A stretch of DNA of 64,000 bases, from positions 1-64,000 of IMG/VR virus record IMGVR_UViG_2663763407_000004. The stretch is one strand, 5' to 3'. Positions 39,529-48,815 of the stretch are shown piece after piece. The DNA is from an uncultured virus (IMG/VR IMGVR_UViG_2663763407_000004). Taxonomy: Duplodnaviria; Heunggongvirae; Uroviricota; Caudoviricetes. The notes below the pieces were generated by a model. It was not told where the DNA came from. It worked only from the letters and a program-made list of their open reading frames with translations, and searched no databases. The position numbers and the translations under genes are program-made. How positions within the stretch are numbered: the stretch's first letter is position 1; each line of letters opens with the position of its first letter.

Positions 39529-41649
39529 CTATAATGGTATTTGGTCAATTTGACCTTGAATGGTCTGCATCATTTCTTCATGTAACGCACCAATCTCTTC
39601 GGTCACATTCTGCATATCTTGCAGTACCTGCCCCGTTTTAGCCTGAGTATAAGCATCATTGAAGCGCTGACCATTCGCTAATGTTGCCTCGCGTTCCGCT
39701 TGGGCATTAATACGTTGGGCTTCAGCCTCCAATTTTGCAACCTTACCGGCAATCTCACGCATCGCCAGTTCCTGCTGTTGCTGTTGTAACTGTTGCTCCT
39801 GCTGCGCCGCCTGCTGTTCTTCTGGTGTCATCTCATCCGGCGATTTTGGTGTACCCAATGCGCCACGGATCCGCTCAACAAATTCTTGTTTATTTGGCAG
39901 GTCTAACAGTTCTACCCACATATCCAACACGCTAACCTGAATCTGCGGTGGCAACCCGACAATAACTTCAGATAACCGTTGTGCCAGTTGAGATTTATAG
40001 GTTGGCGTCTGTTGAATCGGTGCCAGAGCGATATGCGCACGTAGCCGTGATACATCGTTATTCATCCGGCCAGCCTCTTCGGCGGCATTCAGTACCACCT
40101 CTTTGCGCTTGCGTGGATCATCACGATTAATCACTACCGGATAATTTCGGCGCTTAGTTAACTCTTCCAGCAAATAGCACAACAATAACTGGCCCACTTG
40201 TTGGCAAGCAAACTGATAGTTGTCGTTAATTTCCGCCAAGGTAGTCGCACCCTGCTCTACCAAGTTACTGATCGCCACCCCACTGGATGCATTGGAGTCT
40301 TGCCCGAGGAACGCTGAGTAAACACCCAGCCCATCCTGAATTAACTTCATGGATTCCTGCATAACCTGAAACTGCTGCTGTGCAACTTGAAAGTCTTGCT
40401 GGATGTTTAATGCATCTGCCGCTGTCGTCTTATTGGCACGGTTGGGATTTAGGTTAATCACCCCATCCGGGCGTTCAATTTCTTCGGCCAACTGTTTATC
40501 GGTCATTTCCGTGGCATCTGCATCTTTAATTACCCGTTTTGCTTGCAGCAGCCAGGTCAGTTTAATGCGGCGGAAATTCACTTCATCCTGTGCGGGAATG
40601 GCACGGCAGGCCAAACCATACGGCGCTCCCGTTTTATCTTTGCGATAGCCCCAGAACGGAATCAGTGGAAACATACCTTGCGGCGCTGTACATGGGCGGT
40701 CAATGATGAAATGAGGACCGACAAACCACGACTCACGGATCCGGCTGACACGAGCCATGGTGACCTGAACCCGGTCAGTGGCCACAGCCACAGCATGCAT
40801 CACGTTGTTCTTGTCATATTCTACAACGCGGCCATTGCTTAATTGCAGGATTGGCAGGCGCTGGAAGGTCCGATAGTAGATAACCTGAAGCAATACACGC
40901 TTACGGTTGGATGATACCCATTCGGTGCTCTCACGGCTCCACGATTGATACTCTTCATAAGCACTGATCAAATCAGATTCTTGCCCTGCGGCCAGATCGG
41001 TATCCACAAAGCCTTTCCACTCATTGAGGGAGTAATCGATAATTTGCGATTTGTCGGGGAATGTCCCTTTCACCTCATCTACATCCAGCCAACGCTTACG
41101 CATCAACCAACGGCAATCACTCAGATCCGCCTCGCGGCTGAACCAATCCCAGAACACTTCATTACGATGAACGGTAGAGACTTTGAATTTATTATCGAAT
41201 GGGTCACTGTTGCGGCGTACCTCAACCCACGATAGCCCGGCTTTAATTTGCTCGGCATAAGCATCACTACGGGCCTTATTCAAACCACTTAGTCGGCAGG
41301 CATCAGCAAACTCAGCATTGACTGCTTCGGCCATGATCTCCATTTCCTCATTGGGATCATCGGCAATCACCATTAAATCAGTACGGGTCTTGGCTTCCAT
41401 ACCCAGCACGCCGTCAATAGTGGGCGCGATAAGGTTATGCTGCGTCAATGGTTGCCCGCGCTCCCGCAGCTTTGCCACCACTTCCGGCGCAAGTTGATCT
41501 CCATCGTAATAAGCACAAGCCGTGTTAGCACTGGTGCGCCAGTCTGGCTGATGGTCAATATCTGAAGAGATATCCATCAAGCGCTCAAGCGTAAAACGGT
41601 CGCGGTTGACTGGCTGAGCAGGCTCAGTTTGATTGGTCGCGGTATTCAT
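39529..41649 (-). CDS. Portal protein
   Basis: 706 aa after terminase; YYDGDQ, N.IAPTID.VLG, SGVAI; long C-terminal helix. Confidence 0.88.
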   Translation of the reverse strand: MNTATNQTEPAQPVNRDRFTLERLMDISSDIDHQPDWRTSANTACAYYDGDQLAPEVVAKLRERGQPLTQHNLIAPTIDGVLGMEAKTRTDLMVIADDPNEEMEIMAEAVNAEFADACRLSGLNKARSDAYAEQIKAGLSWVEVRRNSDPFDNKFKVSTVHRNEVFWDWFSREADLSDCRWLMRKRWLDVDEVKGTFPDKSQIIDYSLNEWKGFVDTDLAAGQESDLISAYEEYQSWSRESTEWVSSNRKRVLLQVIYYRTFQRLPILQLSNGRVVEYDKNNVMHAVAVATDRVQVTMARVSRIRESWFVGPHFIIDRPCTAPQGMFPLIPFWGYRKDKTGAPYGLACRAIPAQDEVNFRRIKLTWLLQAKRVIKDADATEMTDKQLAEEIERPDGVINLNPNRANKTTAADALNIQQDFQVAQQQFQVMQESMKLIQDGLGVYSAFLGQDSNASSGVAISNLVEQGATTLAEINDNYQFACQQVGQLLLCYLLEELTKRRNYPVVINRDDPRKRKEVVLNAAEEAGRMNNDVSRLRAHIALAPIQQTPTYKSQLAQRLSEVIVGLPPQIQVSVLDMWVELLDLPNKQEFVERIRGALGTPKSPDEMTPEEQQAAQQEQQLQQQQQELAMREIAGKVAKLEAEAQRINAQAEREATLANGQRFNDAYTQAKTGQVLQDMQNVTEEIGALHEEMMQTIQGQIDQIPL

Positions 41650-43355
41650 CAGATAGCCATCCAGTGTTTAGGTTGCGAACGGTCAATAGGCGTATGTTTA
41701 GGGCGTGCTGGCATACGGGCTCTCATTTCTTGTGCAATGGCATAGCTCATCACCTGGTCATCAAAACAACCGGTTTGGGCATTCATGCGACCTCTTGCAT
41801 CGTATACGTAGGTATTCAATTCATTGATGGTGCCAATCCAGCGCACACCAGAGGCGCTCTCTCGAAGCAGTGATTTAAGTCCTTCAATAATGACCGGCTT
41901 GCTTTGTGCTGTAGTTAGCCAGCCCAGTTTTGGCGTTTCATCATCATGGTCACGGTCGAGATATTGCTCTGAGTAGATAGCGCGGTGCGGGTAAACTTCA
42001 CGTAACTTCTGTATGACAGCATGGCCGTGGTTGTTTCGTTCCGGGCCAATAAATGCGGTGTTGTACCAGCGGCCAACGTGGGCCATTAGTTGAGCAAATA
42101 ACTCAGCATCCAGATAGCCGAACCAGTGGGCGACCTGTTCCCCGGTAGACTTTTTCACCACATCAAATGATGATCGGTCGCCATTTTCCAAGCCCTCAGC
42201 GACATCCCCACCAATAGCGTAATCCTCATCTGGATCCGGCAGTTCCCACACCAATAAGTGATTCAGTAGCGTGCGTTGCAGTTCTTCTGCATTGCCAGCA
42301 CGTAATGCCTGAACTTTGGTTCGTTTACCGGTTACTGGCTCAATGTCATATACCAGCAACGGAGACTTACACTGACCTTCGGCCTGCATGACATTGATGG
42401 CGGCGAATACTCGGCGGCCAGATGTTAGAAATGCCTCAGATGGCGTGCTAGGAAATTCCTGTTTCATTTCCTCCTGCTGCTCAATCTCTTTGCGGATATA
42501 CCACTGCTTTTGTTCATCAAGCAAAGTGATAGCCATCGCCTGCTCAACGGCAGCAAAATATTCCTGATGGTATTTACTTAAACGCAGGCCACCCGCTGGT
42601 ACTGAAGTCTGATATTTAGGATCCTGCCACCAGGCGAAGAAATGGAATTTATAATCTTGTGAGGTGAGCGGTAGCTTTAATTGGTCTAAATCCATGGCTC
42701 GCGTGCTCATGGTGTGGAAATCACCGCCTACGCCTTCAGCAGTGCTTTCAATAAAGACAATGCAGCCGTCTTTGATGGCGTTAAGCGTCCCCGTTCTGAC
42801 CTCTTTCGCCTTGGCCGGATACTTGGCGCAAATCTTTCCATGCTCTGAAATATGTAGCCGTTGCACCGTCCCGGAGCGAAATGAGGTTGATACGCGGATC
42901 TTGGAGCCATGAGCAAATTCTATATGCCCTCCATTGGCACCTTCACGTCGGGTATTGATTTGAAACGTTGCGCGTAACCAAACAGGCAAGTTATCGAACG
43001 GAATAGATATTTTGGTACTGAATATTTCCCCTGCCGCCGGTAAATCCTGAGCGATGATCCCACAGGAGAGATTTTTGTTAAAAAGCGCCTGATCGAGCAG
43101 GTAGATATCTATACCTGTTGAGAAGCCTAGTTGGCGAGCTTTGAGAATGATATTTCGATAGTGCATATTCTTGAACAACTCTCGCTGTGCAGGGCGCATG
43201 CGAAAGGTCACTAGCTCGCCATCTTCATTGACTATCTTGTATAGGTTATTCAACCGCCACCAAACATCAGATAAATGAGCTTTGATATAGGCTATCTGTT
43301 CTGCCTCAGTCATTACGGCAATATCTGCATCGTTAAGTCTATCGTCTTGTTTCAC
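41649..43355 (-). CDS. terL: Terminase large subunit
   Basis: ILKARQLGFST Walker A, HISE, FIESTAEG, DVAEG, DDQVMSYA. Confidence 0.92.
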   Translation of the reverse strand: MKQDDRLNDADIAVMTEAEQIAYIKAHLSDVWWRLNNLYKIVNEDGELVTFRMRPAQRELFKNMHYRNIILKARQLGFSTGIDIYLLDQALFNKNLSCGIIAQDLPAAGEIFSTKISIPFDNLPVWLRATFQINTRREGANGGHIEFAHGSKIRVSTSFRSGTVQRLHISEHGKICAKYPAKAKEVRTGTLNAIKDGCIVFIESTAEGVGGDFHTMSTRAMDLDQLKLPLTSQDYKFHFFAWWQDPKYQTSVPAGGLRLSKYHQEYFAAVEQAMAITLLDEQKQWYIRKEIEQQEEMKQEFPSTPSEAFLTSGRRVFAAINVMQAEGQCKSPLLVYDIEPVTGKRTKVQALRAGNAEELQRTLLNHLLVWELPDPDEDYAIGGDVAEGLENGDRSSFDVVKKSTGEQVAHWFGYLDAELFAQLMAHVGRWYNTAFIGPERNNHGHAVIQKLREVYPHRAIYSEQYLDRDHDDETPKLGWLTTAQSKPVIIEGLKSLLRESASGVRWIGTINELNTYVYDARGRMNAQTGCFDDQVMSYAIAQEMRARMPARPKHTPIDRSQPKHWMAI

Positions 43356-44209
43356 AGCAAACCGTCCTGTCCTGAGTCCCTAACTTCCTTCACTGCTTCG
43401 CTGAGTGGTGTTGTAACTCCCTTGCCTTCTGACGTTAATTTTTGAGTCTCAGCCTCCAACTTAGAAGTGGCTGCTTTAATGCGGTAGGTATCAGCCTTTA
43501 AACGAGGTCCGTTGATGGCATCCAACTTCAATTTACTCAAACTGTTCTCTATGGATTCAATACGGCCAATGTTTCTATCCAGCGCTGATTCAGCCTTGAG
43601 CAGCTTGTCATACAGTTCTATTCGCGCTTCAACAGACTCCGCTGCCACTAAATCCTCGTGGATTTTCCGCATGGTCTTGGTAACTGATAATGCCCGCGCT
43701 CGGGTGAATATCAGTTCGTCATGGAGATCTGAATCTGCCGCCGCCTCAAACAAATCATCTGCATTCAGATACCGCGCATAAGCGCCATGCTTTCTGGCTG
43801 CCTGATTGCCGGGAGTAAAAGCGCCAACCGGATTGGGATTACCTGCATTACCTTCTGAATGACGGTTGCCTTTGGTGAATTGCCCATTGCCAGATCTGCC
43901 GGAGTTCGGTTTCTCGGTTGGCTCTGACTCGGGATCGCGGTCATCGTCTGTGTCCGATGATAATTTCTGTTCTTCCTCTTCCACGTCATCACTGTTTGCG
44001 CACTGTTGCGCAGTAGCATCGGATTGCGCATTGTGCGCAGTTCTACGGGGTTTCTTTTGCGCAGACTGCGCAGCACGAGGTTTGATATAGCGGCGTGCAG
44101 ATTGGTAATTAAGTCCATGCTGTTCACACCATTGCTGAGCGGTAATTCCTGTAACCGCGTTATCAGCCAGAAAGGCAGCTTGTAACGCTTCCCAATCATG
44201 CTTTGCCAT
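43352..44209 (-). CDS. terS: Terminase small subunit
   Basis: N-terminal HTH, GNQAARKHGAY motif, upstream of terL. Confidence 0.8.
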   Translation of the reverse strand: MAKHDWEALQAAFLADNAVTGITAQQWCEQHGLNYQSARRYIKPRAAQSAQKKPRRTAHNAQSDATAQQCANSDDVEEEEQKLSSDTDDDRDPESEPTEKPNSGRSGNGQFTKGNRHSEGNAGNPNPVGAFTPGNQAARKHGAYARYLNADDLFEAAADSDLHDELIFTRARALSVTKTMRKIHEDLVAAESVEARIELYDKLLKAESALDRNIGRIESIENSLSKLKLDAINGPRLKADTYRIKAATSKLEAETQKLTSEGKGVTTPLSEAVKEVRDSGQDGLL

Positions 44210-44284
44210 AGTGTTCTATTAGTCTGTTGTGGGCCATTATTGAGCCACCTCTTGGGAAGTGACTCTGTAATGACTTGCTTCAGC

Positions 44285-44821
44285 TCATTTATCCCCATTG
44301 GATTGCTGTGATGGCAGACTGCGGATCAACTCTCTATCGTTATTAGCCCGGTCTAACAGGATCAGTAACGGGTCAAGCCACAGCACTGCTTGGCGGTAAG
44401 TCATTCTGTGGGGGGAAGTGGTACCAGTAAGGGTTCCGTCAGGTTGGCCGGAATTGCGCATTGCCCTGGCACGTAGACCGTCCGTATAGTCGTACATCCG
44501 CTGAGCAGTAGAATCAGGGATATACCGATCAGCGCATTCCTCAACTTTGAGGTCTTTGCGATTTTCAATTTGCCTTTCCTCGCTTTTGGCAGAAATGGTG
44601 ACGTTATAGCTACCGGCCTGCGCAGCTATCTCATTGGAGCGCTGGAACTGAAAAGCCTGTAATGCCTGGGTGGCTTTTGATTCATCCAGATCACTTTGCA
44701 GTTGTGATAATTGCCCGGCCTTCTCAACAGCAGATTTGTGGAAATAGAAAGCGGTACCGCCAAGGCACAGGATCACCACCAGCAGAACGCTGGCAATCGC
44801 GATAAGTAGTTTTGTGGACAT
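44285..44821 (-). CDS. Rz-like i-spanin (C-terminus apparently from the Rz1 frame)
   Basis: N-terminal TM and coiled coil; tail MTYRQAVLW..RANNDRELIR resembles o-spanin C-termini. Confidence 0.75.
   Translation of the reverse strand: MSTKLLIAIASVLLVVILCLGGTAFYFHKSAVEKAGQLSQLQSDLDESKATQALQAFQFQRSNEIAAQAGSYNVTISAKSEERQIENRKDLKVEECADRYIPDSTAQRMYDYTDGLRARAMRNSGQPDGTLTGTTSPHRMTYRQAVLWLDPLLILLDRANNDRELIRSLPSQQSNGDK
44401..44544 (-). CDS. Embedded Rz1-like o-spanin lipoprotein, apparently truncated
   Basis: TTG start; RNALIGISLILLLSGC lipobox; Pro-rich TTIRTVYVPGQCAIPANLTEPLLVPLPPTE*. Confidence 0.7.
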   Translation of the reverse strand: MRNALIGISLILLLSGCTTIRTVYVPGQCAIPANLTEPLLVPLPPTE

Positions 44822-44952
44822 ATCAGGATCCGGGCTTAATGCCGTTTACTATGAAAAAAGCAGGGGTAATGGCATACACCAGTGATTCAGATTTCACGTA
44901 GCGTTACCAAAACAGCATGTAAATGGGTGTTATTAGCTAATTTATAACGGTT

Positions 44953-45435
44953 TTATGGCATCAGACATAATTCGCGCTCGACTTCACGGCGATTGACTAA
45001 CCCCTTCCAAACCTTGCCGCCAGCCTTAATCCATCTACGCAGCTCATCGCACGCGCCAGAAGTATCGCCACGGTTGAGTTTTTTCACCATGGTGGAATTG
45101 GCCATGGCAGTAATACCAACGTTGTAGCCAAATGATGCCAGGGCAGCTTTGCGAAAATCGGACATTGGAACGTTAACGATGCGGTCGATGGCGGCAAATA
45201 CGGGGATCAAATCTTTGTGTAGCAAAGCATCACATTCAGCATCACTGTAACGTTTGCTGGGGATGATATCTTTGCCAGTGTGACCATCGCAGACCGTTAG
45301 CACGCCAACCACATCACGATAAGGCAAGTATTCACGCCCTTCTAGTCCGTCATGACCACCAGTTAACGCCACCGCAATTGCCATAGCACCGCCTGAAGCC
45401 GCACCGATTATTTTATTTCGCAATCCAGGAGACAT
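44953..45435 (-). CDS. SAR-type endolysin (lysozyme)
   Basis: Gly/Ala-rich N-terminal SAR segment, EG..Y.DVVGV.TVCDGHT. Confidence 0.9.
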   Translation of the reverse strand: MSPGLRNKIIGAASGGAMAIAVALTGGHDGLEGREYLPYRDVVGVLTVCDGHTGKDIIPSKRYSDAECDALLHKDLIPVFAAIDRIVNVPMSDFRKAALASFGYNVGITAMANSTMVKKLNRGDTSGACDELRRWIKAGGKVWKGLVNRREVERELCLMP

Positions 45436-45436
45436 A

Positions 45437-45721
45437 TCACCTCTCCATTCTTTGTAGAGCTTCATTCACTACAGCTATAGCTTCTGGGTTAGTCTCGGCG
45501 GTCTTATCTTCTAAGAACTCACGAAGTAACTGCGTCCGCTTCTGTTCTTCTTTTAGTTGAGCATCCTTTTCTCGCCTGTTTGCGTAATACGTTTTTATTG
45601 TGAACCATGCACTAATCGCTGCGCCGACAATAAATATGTAGTCCTGTGTGCTTAATACGGAGAACGCGGCAAGTGACCCCGTCCACCAATACTGAAATTG
45701 GCTTGTGTCATTCATTTTCAT
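45437..45721 (-). CDS. Holin with dual-start MKM motif
   Basis: GGAGG RBS, MKMND.., TM segment, basic RREK; directly upstream of endolysin. Confidence 0.75.
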   Translation of the reverse strand: MKMNDTSQFQYWWTGSLAAFSVLSTQDYIFIVGAAISAWFTIKTYYANRREKDAQLKEEQKRTQLLREFLEDKTAETNPEAIAVVNEALQRMER

Positions 45722-45748
45722 GCACCACCTCCCCGGTTTGGGGAAATA

Positions 45749-45782
45749 AAAAAGCCTGCTGGGCGAACCATGCAGGCTTTTG
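45749..45782 (-). terminator. Second late-leader terminator
   Basis: aaagcctgc-loop-gcaggctttttt on minus strand. Confidence 0.7.
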
Positions 45783-45813
45783 GGGTAGTCAGGACTGACC
45801 GGAACTGACCAAT

Positions 45814-45886
45814 AAAAAACCGGAGCAGCTTTTAAGCATACTCCGGCATCTTTCGGAAATTTAGCGCATATATGATTCAGGGTCAA
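45814..45886 (-). promoter_or_regulatory. pR'-like promoter + tR' (cassette 4, immediately after Q-like gene)
   Basis: TTGACC-17-TAAATT-tccgaaagatgcc, ccggag..ctccgg-T6. Confidence 0.75.
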
Positions 45887-45893
45887 TCATTGG

Positions 45894-46703
45894 TCAAAAG
45901 TCTTTTTCTAACTGAATTCTCTCAATTAAAACATCACCGGCATTCGACTCTTCTACATATAGCCAGTGCATGCATTCTTTAACTAACGGCACATATTGCG
46001 CAGCCCACTCCCCGGGAGGTATCTCAGCCCCTATGATGCCCATGGATTTGCGCAGATGTTCCATTGTTGGCGGTATACGGCCACCACCACCGCATTCGTT
46101 ACATGTTTCTGGATGAGGTCGCAGAGTTTTACCGGCACCGTGACAACGTGGACATACCTGCGTTATAGATGCCTGCTGCTTAGCCCATGCCCGCAATGCG
46201 CCACGCTCTGTTTTGATTTTGGACTGAAGGGTTTTTATTTCGTCTGCCAGTAATGCGATAGTGCCATCATCAAGTGCCTGGGCTTTATCTCTTTCCAGTA
46301 ATTTGATTTGCTGCTGTAGCCCATCAACGACTTTTCTGGTCATTCCAGTACGGGAGCCGTAACGCCGCAGTAAAGTTGCAATTTGCTCTACCTGCGCCGG
46401 GAGATTTCTATCCAATACCATATTCAGCGCTAACTGGCAGGCAGCAATGGCTCGAGGTGGATGTGGTCGCTTATGCAGCCACACACTAATTGCGGCCCGT
46501 AAGCGTTGCTCTGCTTTGCAGTCATTGCGGTATTTGGTCATCAAAATATCGAATCCGACAGGGTGTATATGCTGGCACGTAGCAAAGGTACCTAATATCT
46601 GGTCTTTGGTCAAAACTGCACGGCCTCGGCCAATGTTCAGCGATTCAATGCTGACGCAGCGCGGATCGTGCATTTTGATAAGTTGTTCAATAGCAGTGGT
46701 CAT
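45894..46703 (-). CDS. Late antiterminator/Q-like zinc-finger protein (TIGR02642-like)
   Basis: CPRCHGAG..CNECGGGG; position upstream of lysis genes. Confidence 0.7.
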   Translation of the reverse strand: MTTAIEQLIKMHDPRCVSIESLNIGRGRAVLTKDQILGTFATCQHIHPVGFDILMTKYRNDCKAEQRLRAAISVWLHKRPHPPRAIAACQLALNMVLDRNLPAQVEQIATLLRRYGSRTGMTRKVVDGLQQQIKLLERDKAQALDDGTIALLADEIKTLQSKIKTERGALRAWAKQQASITQVCPRCHGAGKTLRPHPETCNECGGGGRIPPTMEHLRKSMGIIGAEIPPGEWAAQYVPLVKECMHWLYVEESNAGDVLIERIQLEKDF

Positions 46704-46875
46704 TGGTCAGTCCTGTGTTTGGCGGTCAGGACTGATTGTATAGCTCATACTATGAATCGCAACAATGATTAGAGTCATTTTGAGCAGTCAATGCCTATCC
46801 ATTGCTCTTTTTTCAAAAAAATAACGATACCTATTATCTATAATAAGCACAAAATCACATTTGTTATACAACCAA

Positions 46876-47856
46876 TCATTTACTCTTATTGAATAGATTA
46901 TCCCTATGCCACTTAAGATATTTCATTGATCTATTATTAATTTTTATTTTTATATCTGTTTTTATATTGAGTTCTTCTATTATTTCACTAATTAATGGCT
47001 CGTCTCCGATAAGCATTTCCCCCTGATCGGAAAAACTAATAAAACCCTTATCGAACAATACATCCACATGCGCGGCCAGCATCAAACCATTATATCGATC
47101 TAATCTCTCTTTATCAGAGCTTTCTCGCCACGGTTTTATGTGACTAGCACGGATCATTTCAGGCATACCTATGCCGGTAACTGGGCATTTGGGGTAGAGT
47201 TCTATTAATTTTTTTCTAAAACCACCTTGACCTACACGTGCATCAACTAAAAGTTTCTTGGTAGTTTCAGGAATATTATTTGAGTCAAGAACCTCTTGCA
47301 CATCCTGATAAATATCATCGACTCCCAATGATTCAGCTAATTGCGATTCCCTTACTGACATTGAAATCTTATCAGATATTTTTAATATATTCTTGCTTTC
47401 ACTCAATTTGAGCAAAAGCATACCGAGCTCTTCACTCAGTTTCGTTAAATAGAACTTTTGATTTCCGCCTCCGTCAGTACGAATTGGCGAGTATTTATTT
47501 TCAAGAAGCGGCGAGATTTCTTTTATTTTATCTTTAGGTTTGAATGGAGTCAGTGGATAACTGAAGTCCACGTTAACTTTTTGAAGTGGTTTTTCAAATC
47601 CATTTAAATCTGGAGATCTTACAACTTGATACGATGTAGAGGTAGCAACACCTAGAGCACCAATCTCTTGTTTGGCGAATGAAAAAATTATATCACCAAG
47701 TTTCACGTCCCGGATATTTGTATAAGTTTGATTATTAGAACCATCCTTATTGGTATAAGGGCAGCGTAAAAAACCACCACTTCGTTCAGTTTTATATAGC
47801 TTATTATGATTTACCCAGAAAAATTGCCGTGCCGATGTATCACTCTTCATAATCAT
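46876..47856 (-). CDS. EVE/PUA-like + HNH endonuclease (putative modification-dependent restriction)
   Basis: N-terminal FFWVNH..GGFL..P..GDIIFS; C-terminal RVGQG.FR..CPVTG..ASHIKPW..NGL.L..HVD.LFDKG; AT-rich. Confidence 0.75.
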   Translation of the reverse strand: MIMKSDTSARQFFWVNHNKLYKTERSGGFLRCPYTNKDGSNNQTYTNIRDVKLGDIIFSFAKQEIGALGVATSTSYQVVRSPDLNGFEKPLQKVNVDFSYPLTPFKPKDKIKEISPLLENKYSPIRTDGGGNQKFYLTKLSEELGMLLLKLSESKNILKISDKISMSVRESQLAESLGVDDIYQDVQEVLDSNNIPETTKKLLVDARVGQGGFRKKLIELYPKCPVTGIGMPEMIRASHIKPWRESSDKERLDRYNGLMLAAHVDVLFDKGFISFSDQGEMLIGDEPLISEIIEELNIKTDIKIKINNRSMKYLKWHRDNLFNKSK

Positions 47857-48054
47857 CTCATAACATTATAACTTTCAGACAAAGTTACAACCGAAACAAT
47901 TACATATCAACTAATGTATCTACTTATTAGGAGTTCGTGACCAAAATCACAGAACAATGATAACACATAGTTATTATAATGGATTAGCTCGAGTTTGGGT
48001 ATAAATATAAAGAACTATTAAAAATGGTATTAATCCTCAATTTTTACTACTAAT

Positions 48055-48492
48055 TTAGGATAAGTAGCACCTTATCTCTGCTTTGGCATGTTCAAATCCA
48101 TGGCAAACTTTAGCCACATATTTGGCATCAGTTAGTCGATATATCCACCCTAGTTGCATTTTAGTGACCTTTCCGTTTTCCGCTTTCATCTCAATCCACA
48201 ATCCCGCATAACCACCGCGCGGCAGCGCCAGAAACAAATCTGGCACACCTTTCCGCAATCCAAGCCGCTTAGCATCCCTTGCTGCCTTTGGCCCGCGCTT
48301 CCCCTCATTGGGGATATGTATCAGATAATCCCCGATACAAATACCATCGATAACGGTTTTATCTGCCCACGCAATAAGCGCGGCCTGTTCCTCGGTTTCC
48401 GCCTGGTGGTTAACTTTACGAACTTTCCCGTTACGCACTTCCAGCTTTGCTGCTGTTCCGATGATGCCAATGGCATCTATGCTATTAAGCAA
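48055..48492 (-). CDS. VRR-NUC domain nuclease
   Basis: HIPNEG..GVPDL..LWIEMK..Q. Confidence 0.85.
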   Translation of the reverse strand: MLNSIDAIGIIGTAAKLEVRNGKVRKVNHQAETEEQAALIAWADKTVIDGICIGDYLIHIPNEGKRGPKAARDAKRLGLRKGVPDLFLALPRGGYAGLWIEMKAENGKVTKMQLGWIYRLTDAKYVAKVCHGFEHAKAEIRCYLS

Positions 48493-48814
48493 ACTGGCCC
48501 CCTTTAGCGATTACCAGCGATTCCTCAAGCCAAACCCTAAGAGTTGCATGCAATGCCTGTAATATCGTTTCCTCAAGCTCTCCGGGCTGCCAGTCATATG
48601 GTACCCGCCCATCAATAACATCATGGCAGCAGTTGCACCCAAATACGGCCCAGTAGTCATCTGACTTATACCCCATGCCGTGGGTTGAACTGGGTAAATG
48701 GCACAGTACCGTTGTTTCTGGGTTACTGTTACAGATACCGGAGATCTGGAGCGTACAGCATTGGCCCCGCGCAGAATCGCGCAGGGCTTTACTTCTAAAT
48801 GCCGGAGATTTCAT
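48485..48814 (-). CDS. DUF1364-like HNH-fold protein
   Basis: ARGQCCTL..C....ETTVLCH..GMGYKSDD..C..CHD.IDGR. Confidence 0.8.
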   Translation of the reverse strand: MKSPAFRSKALRDSARGQCCTLQISGICNSNPETTVLCHLPSSTHGMGYKSDDYWAVFGCNCCHDVIDGRVPYDWQPGELEETILQALHATLRVWLEESLVIAKGGQFA

Positions 48815-48815
48815 A

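Noticed and set aside
45437..45886. 149-aa ORF-track version of the holin
   Set aside because: The extension runs through the promoter and terminators; the true start is likely MKM at 45721 with GGAGG
45722..45893. Shiga-like toxin or tRNA cargo between Q and lysis genes, as in 933W
   Set aside because: Only about 170 bp of regulatory sequence; no toxin ORF or tRNA seen
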